A DNA stretch of 63,440 nt, the filler included, from Octopus bimaculoides (taxonomy: Eukaryota), in NCBI RefSeq assembly GCF_001194135.2. It is 7 parts of 7 records of this genome, joined end to end, with 100 filler letters (N's around TTAATTAATTAA, not from the genome) between each part and the next. Parts side by side here need not be neighbours in the genome. Positions count along the whole stretch, not along the records: positions 34,493 to 44,496 come from NW_026426437.1; positions 44,597 to 54,013 come from NW_026380810.1; 5 more parts are not named here. One strand, 5' to 3'. The notes below the pieces were generated by a model, which made no database searches, was not told the origin of the DNA, and worked only from the letters and a program-made list of their open reading frames with translations. The position numbers were made by a program, and so were the translations under genes. The first letter of the stretch is position 1. The number at the start of each line of letters is the position of its first letter. Of this stretch, positions 40,334-50,490 are shown piece after piece.

Positions 40334-42013
40334 NNNNNNNNNNCCTACATCTATATGTATACATACATGCATATACGGGTACAGGACATCACAGAAAACG
40401 TTAAACACAATGAGAAATGAAAACATAAAGACGAAGACAGGTAATAAGGGTAGAAATTGAGATTAATCAATTAAAACCAGTGGCCTAGCATATTTTAAAA
40501 AATCCGAAGATTAAAATTATATTACATACAAAATTAAGAGGAATGACCACCAAAAGTGGACTCTATGCTAGAAATAGGTGTATTAATGTATGTGGTGGTG
40601 TAATAGTAGCGATAGGTGAAGAAAGCCTTACGTTTTAGTTGGAGTTGTGTTGGTCTTCCTGTAAGGGGATGTAGGATGGGTGCTATTTAAGCTCATTGTT
40701 CCAGTTTTAGTCAAATGCATCTCCACGTGATTTTATGATNNNNNNNNNNNNNNNNNNNNNNNNNNNNNNNNNNNNNNNNNNNNNNNNNNNNNNNNNNNNN
40801 NNNNNNNNNNNNNNNNNNNNNNNNNNNNNNNNNNNNNNNNNNNNNNNNNNNNNNNNNNNNNNNNNNNNNNNNNNNNNNNNNNNNNNNNNNNNNNNNNNNN
40901 NNNNNNNNNNNNNNNNNNNNNNNNNNNNNNNNNNNNNNNNNNNNNNNNNNNNNNNNNNNNNNNNNNNNNNNNNNNNNNNNNNNNNNNNNNNNNNNNNNNN
41001 NNNNNNNNNNNNNNNNNNNNNNNNNNNNNNNNNNNNNNNNNNNNNNNNNNNNNNNNNNNNNNNNNNNNNNNNNNNNNNNNNNNNNNNNNNNNNNNNNNNN
41101 NNNNNNNNNNNNNNNNNNNNNNNNNNNNNNNNNNNNNNNNNNNNNNNNNNNNNNNNNNNNNNNNNNNNNNNNNNNNNNNNNNNNNNNNNNNNNNNNNNNN
41201 NNNNNNNNNNNNNNNNNNNNNNNNNNNNNNNNNNNNNNNNNNNNNNNNNNNNNNNNNNNNNNNNNNNNNNNNNNNNNNNNNNNNNNNNNNNNNNNNNNNN
41301 NNNNNNNNNNNNNNNNNNNNNNNNNNNNNNNNNNNNNNNNNNNNNNNNNNNNNNNNNNNNNNNNNNNNNNNNNNNNNNNNNNNNNNNNNNNNNNNNNNNN
41401 NNNNNNNNNNNNNNNNNNNNNNNNNNNNNNNNNNNNNNNNNNNNNNTACTGGAGCACCCACTTGAAGGGTTGGACAAATGAACCCCAGGACTTTTTTTAA
41501 AGCCAAATATTTATTCCATCGGTCTCTATTTGCGTAACGTTAAGGTCTGAATAGCCCAACTCTATAAGTTAGAAAATAAGTCCTGGAGTTAATTCATTCG
41601 ATAGAAACCCTTCAAAGCGGTGCTCCATTATGGCCGCAGTCAAATAACAAAGAAAAGATTAAGAAAAAACATAAAAGGAACAGAATAATGACCACCAATG
41701 GTTACCGGGTTATTTCCCCTGTTAGAGTTACCTCCCTTACCAACATGATTTCCCCCCGCTGGCACCAAGTCTCCTAACATCGACCATGGTTTCCATTTCT
41801 TGTTTTATAGACCTCGGAAGGCTGAAAAGCAAAGCTAGCGTCGGTAGGATTTGAACTCAGAACGTAAAGAATCGGAAGAAATACAACACTACATTTTGTC
41901 CGATGCTATTCAACCAGAAAGCCAGCGGTTTTGTGGATGAGGGGGCGAGAGTGGTGGTGTGAGTTGCTCGATTGCATTCACATAGTCTCTGTTATTTCAC
42001 TGGGACTTTATTT

Positions 42014-42401
42014 GGCGATCTTACGGTACGACTCCTAAATATCGGCCTTTTCCGTAAAAAGTGTCTTCGGCGATCTTTACCAAAGATCGGCCTTTTCCGT
42101 AACACCCTCCCGATCTTCACAACGGTGTTGGGGTTATGGTTTTAGTGTCACGGTTACGGTTTTAGGGTTAGGGTTACGGTTAGGGACGGAATTCCCTAAC
42201 CGAAACCCTAAAACCCTAACCCTAACCCTAATCCTAAACCCTTCAAAATAAATCGCGCTCTCTGTATGTCTTTCGCTGTTATGACATCGTTTCCCTGTTA
42301 CACTCCAACACTTTACGGAAAAGGTCGATCTTTGGTAAAGATCGCCGAAGACACTTTTTACGGAAAAGGCCGATATTTAGGACTCGTACCGTAAGATCCC
42401 C
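42014..42401. mobile_element. MITE with 89-bp TIRs, 8-bp TSD (CTTTATTT) and internal inverted telomere-like repeats; Merlin- or MULE-like
   Basis: TIRs at 42014-42102 and 42313-42401 differ at 3 positions. The TSD is at 42006-42013 and 42402-42409. Termini are GG...CC. Confidence 0.9.
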
Positions 42402-43566
42402 CTTTATTTGGATGACACCTAAAGGATGCATACTGGGATCGATGTAATCGACTAGTCCCCTCTCCCAAATTTCAGTAAAAAGGATTGTTTAAGGCCTTTG
42501 CCTTAAACTGGCAGAATCGTAGCGGTATTTCGTCTGTACCTACGTTCTCCTTTCAAATTCTGCCGGGGTCAACTCTGCCTTTACTCCTTTTGGGGGCGAT
42601 TAAGAAGGTACCAGTTACAAGCTGGGGTCGACGTAATCCTTGTGCTTCCAGCAGAGAGGATTATTATCTGTGGTTGTAACACCCCCAATTTTGAAGTAGT
42701 TNNNNNNNNNNNNNNNNNNNNNNNNNNNNNNNNNNNNNNNNNNNNNNNNNNNNNNNNNNNNNNNNNNNNNNNNNNNNNNNNNNNNNNNNNNNNNNNNNNN
42801 NNNNNNNNNNNNNNNNNNNNNNNNNNNNNNNNNNNNNNNNNNNNNNNNNNNNNNNNNNNNNNNNNNNNNNNNNNNNNNNNNNNNNNNNNNNNNNNNNNNN
42901 NNNNNNNNNNNNNNNNNNNNNNNNNNNNNNNNNNNNNNNNNNNNNNNNNNNNNNNNNNNNNNNNNNNNNNNNNNNNNNNNNNNNNNNNNNNNNNNNNNNN
43001 NNNNNNNNNNNNNNNNNNNNNNNNNNNNNNNNNNNNNNNNNNNNNNNNNNNNNNNNNNNNNNNNNNNNNNNNNNNNNNNNNNNNNNNNNNNNNNNNNNNN
43101 NNNNNNNNNNNNNNNNNNNNNNNNNNNNNNNNNNNNNNNNNNNNNNNNNNNNNNNNNNNNNNNNNNNNNNNNNNNNNNNNNNNNNNNNNNNNNNNNNNNN
43201 NNNNNNNNNNNNNNNNNNNNNNNNNNNNNNNNNNNNNNNNNNNNNNNNNNNNNNNNNNNNNNNNNNNNNNNNNNNNNNNNNNNNNNNNNNNNNNNNNNNN
43301 NNNNNNNNNNNNNNNNNNNNNNNNNNNNNNNNNNNNNNNNNNNNNNNNNNNNNNNNNNNNNNNNNNNNNNNNNNNNNNNNNNNNNNNNNNNNNNNNNNNN
43401 NNNNNNNNNNNNNNNNNNNNNNNNNNNNNNNNNNNNNNNNNNNNNNNNNNNNNNNNNNNNNNNNNNNNNNNNNNNNNNNNNNNNNNNNNNNNNNNNNNNN
43501 NNNNNNNNNNNNNNNNNNNNNNNNNNNNNNNNNNNNNNNNNNNNNNNNNNNNNNNNNNNNNNNNNN

Positions 43567-43603
<37 letters not shown>

Positions 43604-43867
43604 ACATATATATGCGTATGTACATGTGTATATGCATGTATGTATTATGTATACATGTACGTACGTGTATGTATGTAGGTATGTATATGCGTGTACGTAC
43701 ACACGTATGTATGTAGGTATATATATGTACGTACGTATGTATGTATGTATATATGTATGCATGTATGTATGCATGTATGTATGTATGTACGTATGTATGA
43801 ATGAATGTGTGTATGCGTGTGTACGTACGTTTGTATGTATGTATGTGTGTGTGTACATACGTATAAA

Positions 43868-43941
<74 letters not shown>

Positions 43942-44064
43942 TATGTGTATATGCATGCATGTATTATGTATACATGTACGTACACATGTATGTATGTAGG
44001 TATATATGTACATATGTATGTATGTATGCACATATGTATGCATGCATGTATGTATGTATGTATG

Positions 44065-44095
<31 letters not shown>

Positions 44096-45613
44096 GCATG
44101 TATGTATGTCTAGATGTATGTATGTATGTATTTATTACGCTAAGGCGATAAAATTGTCGAGTTAGAGTGATGAGGTCATAACACGAAAACACACATCACT
44201 TAACGAGTGTTGTTGCAGAGTTATCTCCCTTACCCATCAGTCGCGATTTCATTATGTGACGTAATAAGTAACTTGATCGAATCGTTTCGTGTTCTTCATA
44301 TAAGAACATACATACGAGAACGGTAATACACACACACACACACACACACACACACGTACATATATATACACACACATTCATATATATATGCATACGCACA
44401 CATACATTCATATATTTCCATCTACATGTGTGTGAGAGTGTATGAGTGCGTGTTGCAGTGTGAGCGTGTGGTACAAATAATGAGGAAAAGAAAAAANNNN
44501 NNNNNNNNNNNNNNNNNNNNNNNNNNNNNNNNNNNNNNNNTTAATTAATTAANNNNNNNNNNNNNNNNNNNNNNNNNNNNNNNNNNNNNNNNNNNNACTT
44601 TCGCTACCCTGCATTCAGAGCAGCCGCTTCCCTTGCTAATCACATCTCTTTAGTAACAGAAACGATCAACGCCTTCTAATGAGCCAAACCAAACATTTAA
44701 GGGACTCAATTTCTGGTGTGTTCATATGACCTGCTCCAGTGTATCTACTGCATTGGAAACATACATTCTTGGATAGTCTGCCAGTGGTTCCACTACCTCA
44801 CTTGATACCAACTCCCAAACAGGAAACCACTGCGCTGTTCCAAAGGTCCCATTGGTCCAGTTTAGAATGACGATCAGCTACCACAACAGCTTGGGATTCA
44901 AAGAATCACGGCTATTTAAGATCTTGCTAGAACCCCTAAGAGATATATATGAAAGGGTTGAAGATGTTTTTAAGAATCCCCTTGACCTTAAGACTCCTGA
45001 TGAAACCAGCCACGTGAAAATTGCCTTTTCAAAGATGATGACATTGGCATAGCCCCAGGATATAATAGTTAAAGGCCCTTCTCGTATCNNNNNNNNNNNN
45101 NNNNNNNNNNNNNNNNNNNNNNNNNNNNNNNNNNNNNNNNNNNNNNNNNNNNNNNNNNNNNNNNNNNNNNNNNNNNNNNNNNNNNNNNNNNNNNNNNNNN
45201 NNNNNNNNNNNNNNNNNNNNNNNNNNNNNNNNNNNNNNNNNNNNNNNNNNNNNNNNNNNNNNNNNNNNNNNNNNNNNNNNNNNNNNNNNNNNNNNNNNNN
45301 NNNNNNNNNNNNNNNNNNNNNNNNNNNNNNNNNNNNNNNNNNNNNNNNNNNNNNNNNNNNNNNNNNNNNNNNNNNNNNNNNNNNNNNNNNNNNNNNNNNN
45401 NNNNNNNNNNNNNNNNNNNNNNNNNNNNNNNNNNNNNNNNNNNNNNNNNNNNNNNNNNNNNNNNNNNNNNNNNNNNNNNNNNNNNNNNNNNNNNNNNNNN
45501 NNNNNNNNNNNNNNNNNNNNNNNNNNNNNNNNNNNNNNNNNNNNNNNNNNNNNNNNNNNNNNNNNNNNNNNNNNNNNNNNNNNNNNNNNNNNNNNNNNNN
45601 NNNNNNNNNNNNN

Positions 45614-45921
45614 GATTACATCGACCCCATCGTTCAACTGGTATCTATTTTATCGACCCCAACAGGATGAAAGGCAAAGTCGACCTGGGCAGAATTTGAA
45701 CTCAGAGCACAAAAACGGAGAAAATGCCGCTAAGCATTTTCCCCAGCATGCTATCGATTCTGCCTCAACAGAAAATAATCCTTTCTATTATAGGCACAAG
45801 GCCTGAAACTATGTGGGCAGAGGACTAGTCAATTACATCGTCCTCAGTGTTTCACTGGTACTTATTTTATCGACTCTGAACGGATGAAAGGCAATGTCAA
45901 CCTCGGTAGGATTTGAACTCA
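45614..45921 (-). mobile_element. Two tandem S2 SINE pieces
   Basis: 45775-45921 starts at the B-box (ctgagttcaaat) and runs to the tail; 45614-45767 is a head plus body running into a gap. Confidence 0.8.
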
Positions 45922-46024
45922 GCTATCGTCACTTTCATTCTCGTTGTTGTTGTTGTTGTTACAACAATATCTTCGCTACAGCCACGGCTGTTGCTTTCTC
46001 TTTCGTGGTTGTTGCTGCTCTCAA

Positions 46025-46055
<31 letters not shown>

Positions 46056-46062
46056 GTTGCTA

Positions 46063-46095
<33 letters not shown>

Positions 46096-46559
46096 TTGCT
46101 ACTGCTGCTGTTGTCATTTCTACCGCTCATAGTGTTTCTGCTACTATTGTTGTTACCGTCCGTTGTACTTTGTACCATGACAGTCTTGTTCTTCTCCTCC
46201 TCCCCTTCCCCATTATTGTTGCCCAATACAGAAGGAAGGGGAGGTAAGTCTTCATCTATTGGTAGGAGTGTTTGTTTCGCTTTTCCTCCACTATTTCGAG
46301 ACGCGCTCCGCCATCTTGTTGAGTTCTATTGATTCCATTAAATTTTAGCGCCCACCGAATGTATTTGGTGGATCGAAAAATCGTTGTTCCAGGGGCTACA
46401 CAACCATAGAAAACCAGTAATACGTTTCTGGTGCTTCTATTCACAACTTGGAATATAATAAATTATTGCAAAAAAAGACACCAATCCTGGTGCAAATAAA
46501 TATTTTTAAATGAACTTACTTGGAGCGTTCAAAAACACGTCCGATGTGTTCTGCAGCAA

Positions 46560-46850
46560 ATATAATAATAATAACAATAGTTTCCCCTCGGCCCACTTTT
46601 GGGTGCGATTGGCCACACTGTTTGTCACTTCGTCCCAATTGTTCTCCACATAAGGTCTAACACCTTGGCCAAAATCTTCAACTCTGCATTGAGCAGAATG
46701 ATGGACCTGAAATTCTCTATAACGTCCGCCTTGTTTGGGTCCTTTCTCAGTAGTGCCAACGCCCATCGACAGACAGAAGTTGGAATTCTCTCATTTTGTT
46801 GCCATTTGCTGTAGACATCTGCTAAGAGGCCCGCAAACAAGTCTGGCATC
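46560..46850 (-). mobile_element. L1/Tx1-type ORF2 remnant with the RT core deleted
   Basis: LLRKDPNKADVIENFRSIILLNAELKILAKVL (RT motifs 0-1, FRPISLLN..KI..KVL-like) is joined in another frame to VENNWDEVTNSVANRTQKWAEGKL (post-RT region). Confidence 0.8.
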
Positions 46851-47341
46851 NNNNNNNNNNNNNNNNNNNNNNNNNNNNNNNNNNNNNNNNNNNNNNNNNN
46901 NNNNNNNNNNNNNNNNNNNNNNNNNNNNNNNNNNNNNNNNNNNNNNNNNNNNNNNNNNNNNNNNNNNNNNNNNNNNNNNNNNNNNNNNNNNNNNNNNNNN
47001 NNNNNNNNNNNNNNNNNNNNNNNNNNNNNNNNNNNNNNNNNNNNNNNNNNNNNNNNNNNNNNNNNNNNNNNNNNNNNNNNNNNNNNNNNNNNNNNNNNNN
47101 NNNNNNNNNNNNNNNNNNNNNNNNNNNNNNNNNNNNNNNNNNNNNNNNNNNNNNNNNNNNNNNNNNNNNNNNNNNNNNNNNNNNNNNNNNNNNNNNNNNN
47201 NNNNNNNNNNNNNNNNNNNNNNNNNNNNNNNNNNNNNNNNNNNNNNNNNNNNNNNNNNNNNNNNNNNNNNNNNNNNNNNNNNNNNNNNNNNNNNNNNNNN
47301 NNNNNNNNNNNNNNNNNNNNNNNNNNNNNNNNNNNNNNNNN

Positions 47342-48807
47342 AATTTTTTATACTTTTCTTTTTCTATTAAAATACATCTCGTCTCCTTATCGCAACCGTC
47401 CGAGAGTTCCACTTTCACAATGTCTTTTATTTTGGATATCTTTTTTGTTTTTTGTGTGTATCGATATGACATCAAATATATGCCGTTCCTATGTACCTCA
47501 TACGTCTGTATGTCTGTTCTTCTTTGTTTTTGTGATTCTGTACTACCATGCGTCTGTTCTTCTATAATTCTTTGTGACTGTATATCTGTGTTTATTTGTC
47601 TGTGGGTCTGCATGTTTGTGTGACTGTAAGTCGGCATGTTGTGTCTGTGTGTCTGTGTTTTCAGGTTCTGTGCTTTTAGGTTTCTGTAACTCTCCGTTAT
47701 CTTCTACGCTTCCGAGTGTATGTATATCAGTGTGTTTATGCATCTGTGTATCTGTCTGTCTGCGCGATTATGAGACTGTATGGTTCTGTGGTAATGTTCT
47801 GCTGCTATTATCCTTTTTCCTCAGTGATCCCACTTGATTCTGCGATTTGTATTTTTTTCCCTTGTTCGACTTTCGGCGATGATCTCCCCCTTTCTCTCTT
47901 CCTTGATTTAGCTTCCACAAAATCAGCTTTCTGCTCTTCTTCCTGTGATTGTTTCCTCTCTTCTATCACGCCTTGCGTTTCCATTTCTTTGTTTTCCAAT
48001 ATTTCTGGGCACCTTCTTCTAATGTGACCTCTTTTGCCACATTCGTAGCACATTGGAGGTCTCCCCTCCAAAATTATATCCAGTTTGTCCTCGTTAGGCA
48101 GTTCCAGTGTCTCTGGTATGTCACTGTACACTTTCTGACTTGCTATAAAAAGCACATTCAATCCATACCCCCAACAATTTATTTGTTGGGTTCTGCATAT
48201 CATAATTATCCTTACATCTTCTCTTTCAAGAAAAACTGCTGCCATTACCCATTCCAACTCTATTTTCGGTGGGATCCTACCCACTCTAATCCACGTTGGA
48301 TGTCTACCCAACTTATTGGGAAAGAGCATCCAATTTCCTTTGGCTAGGCGTCTTATTGGCGTATTTCTTTGCTGCCTCCTCCGATACAAATGTTATTTCT
48401 ACAGACACGTATGTCTTGCCTCTTGTAAAAAAACGACACATCTTCTTGCAATTCCTTCAAACACTCCTCCACCTCCTCCTATTGCAGTCTCTATTCTTTT
48501 ATTTTTCTTTGAAAATGATTTATATTCCACAACTCCAATTTCCATCTTCGTTTTTTCCTCCTCTAATGGGGTTAACTTAGCCCCTGCTTCTTTATCATTT
48601 CTTTATATTTTCCACTTTTCTCAGCCATGTCTTCATTCCAATGTATTTCATATTGCTTCAGCAGGCCTGGGACAACGGAAGCTCGACTCCCCGTCGCTGC
48701 TGCATACGTTTTCATTTTCTCAATCTCAGCAACGCCCACCAAACAATAGTAGCGTTATACTCAAAAGAATCGCAGCGAGTGATAACACGTCCGACCAGTA
48801 AACTCAC
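47342..48807 (-). mobile_element. L1/Tx1-like ORF1 element 2 (frameshifted gag-like ORF1 with CCHC knuckle), 3' end lost in the gap
   Basis: ATG at 48715 gives MKTYAAAT..., then EEVEECLKELQEDVSFFTRGKTYVSVEITF, CYECGKRGHIRRRC (CX2CX4HX4C) and the tail KISKIKDIVKVELSDGCDKETRCILIEKEKY. Confidence 0.82.
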
Positions 48808-48822
48808 GGAGACGAAATACCG

Positions 48823-50442
48823 ATTTCTTTATTACCCATAAAGGGCTATACAAATAATTTTTAAGACATCACAAAACATAAAGACAGTACAAAACGCAAA
48901 CATAAAATCGGGGTAATTAAATAAAATGATAATATGCAAGAATGAAAAAATATGAGGCGCAATGTCCACTCGATCCCTGAAGTCGGGTGGTTACATTATC
49001 TAGTTTTTCACTTTTACGTTCAACGTCATGTAAGCATTTTAACGGTTTTGTAACTCAAAAAATTCAAACACTCGCGTTACCTTTCTCCCATTAACCATTG
49101 TTGCTTCCGTCCTTATCAACTGCAAATAATCAGTTCTAGTGGGTGGTGTCTCCACCAACCATATCCGTTTCGTTGTTATATTTTCACCAAGTTCTTTTAT
49201 GTACTCCCAGTAGTTTTCCTCATGTATCAAAATGCATTTCTCAGCACATTTCTCTGGCATCTTCACTCTTATTATTTCCTCCAACCTCTCGACTTTTCTC
49301 TCCGTCTGCTCACAATTCTCGTACTTTATCAACCCCCACCCTTGTATTTCACATCTTTATCCGTTGTCTCCTCCTCTTCTTGTACATTATTAGTTTCTGG
49401 CTTTTCTATCTCTTTTTTTTTTGTTTTCTGTTGACCGTTCCTTTGACTTATTTTTCTTTCGCTTTTTAGGGTTAGTAGCTCCATTTTCGTTCTTCTCCTT
49501 TGTTTTCTCTGTTTCACACTTCTGTCTCTGTTTCATTTCCTCAGTGTGGTCTACAATGTTTTCCTCCTCTGCTTGCGCTTTCTATTGCTGTGGCTGTGTG
49601 AACTCATATAGGACGCATTTGGTCTTCATATGACCTCTTTCCCCGCATATGTAGCAATTTGGTCTCCTTCTCTCGACTACAACATTTAACGTTCTCTCAT
49701 CCTCCACTTCTATCTGGTAGTGAATTCCTTCTATGTCCTCGAATGTGGCAAAAAGCCACATTTCGAGTCCAAATCCCCACCATTTGCGCACTTTTGATTT
49801 CGCCACTGGTCCTAATTCCGGCTCCTCCTTGGTTGCAGCCAGCACTGTTGCAACCGACCACTCTGGTTTAATTTCTGATGTAACTCTGGGAATACGTATT
49901 TTCCCACTTCTTATTCCTCTATAACTTGGTAGTAATGCTATTTTTGTACTTCTTAAATTGTTGGTCGCATTCTTGGTTGCCTCTTCTATAGTGGCGAACC
50001 TCACCTCTACTGCACCGAACTTTCTTCCTCTGTTGATGTACGTGGCTTCATTCACAATTTCACCCAGGCACTCCTCAATTTTCTCTTCCGTCACCATTTC
50101 AATTTTACAGGTTTCGACAGCCGGTGTACGATACACAACTGTCCTCAGAATTTTGTTTTCTTTAGTCTCTTTTGGGGAGCACAATTTGTATGAGTCTCCC
50201 TCAACTTCTATCAAATTCCTGCCTCTGGTCACCTCTTCCATACCCAACTTGGTTTCCAGCGGCACTGGCTTCCTCGCCGCAGTGGCCCTGGCATAGCTCT
50301 CCATACTGGAGACACTACCACTTGCCATAGCTGGGAAAAATGCGGCGGCTCGCGTGAAACGTAACAGCAATAATTCCACAAAAATCACAATTAATTACAT
50401 AGACAACTTACAGTAATTCACACAGTATTCACAGAGCCGTTC
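48823..50442 (-). mobile_element. ORF1-only (half-L1/HAL1-like) L1/Tx1-type element 1, both ends present, 5-bp TSD
   Basis: 5' UTR of ~114 nt; ORF1 from ATG 50328 (MASG...MESYARAT...CYICGERGHMKTKC) with a premature stop at 49582 and frameshifted continuation to 49039; ~215-nt 3' UTR ending AATAAAGAAAT. TSD CGGTA at 50443-50447 and 48818-48822. No room for ORF2. Confidence 0.8.
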
Positions 50443-50490
50443 TACCGCGAAGCAGTTCGCCCGGCGTGCTAACGATTCTGCCAGCTCACT
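50443..50490 (-). mobile_element. S2 SINE head interrupted by the ORF1 element
   Basis: agtgagctggcagaatcgttagcacgccgggcgaactgcttcgcggta; the SINE continuation cggtatttcgtctcc reappears at 48808-48822. Confidence 0.85.

Noticed and set aside
42129-42241. True chromosome end-to-end telomere fusion site
   Set aside because: The arrays are short, degenerate and enclosed by TIRs and a TSD, so they belong to a mobile element.
45775-45921. Possible 3' remainder of the SINE interrupted at 50443
   Set aside because: Strand and start position fit, but there is no TSD or junction match and a gap intervenes; it may be an independent truncated copy.
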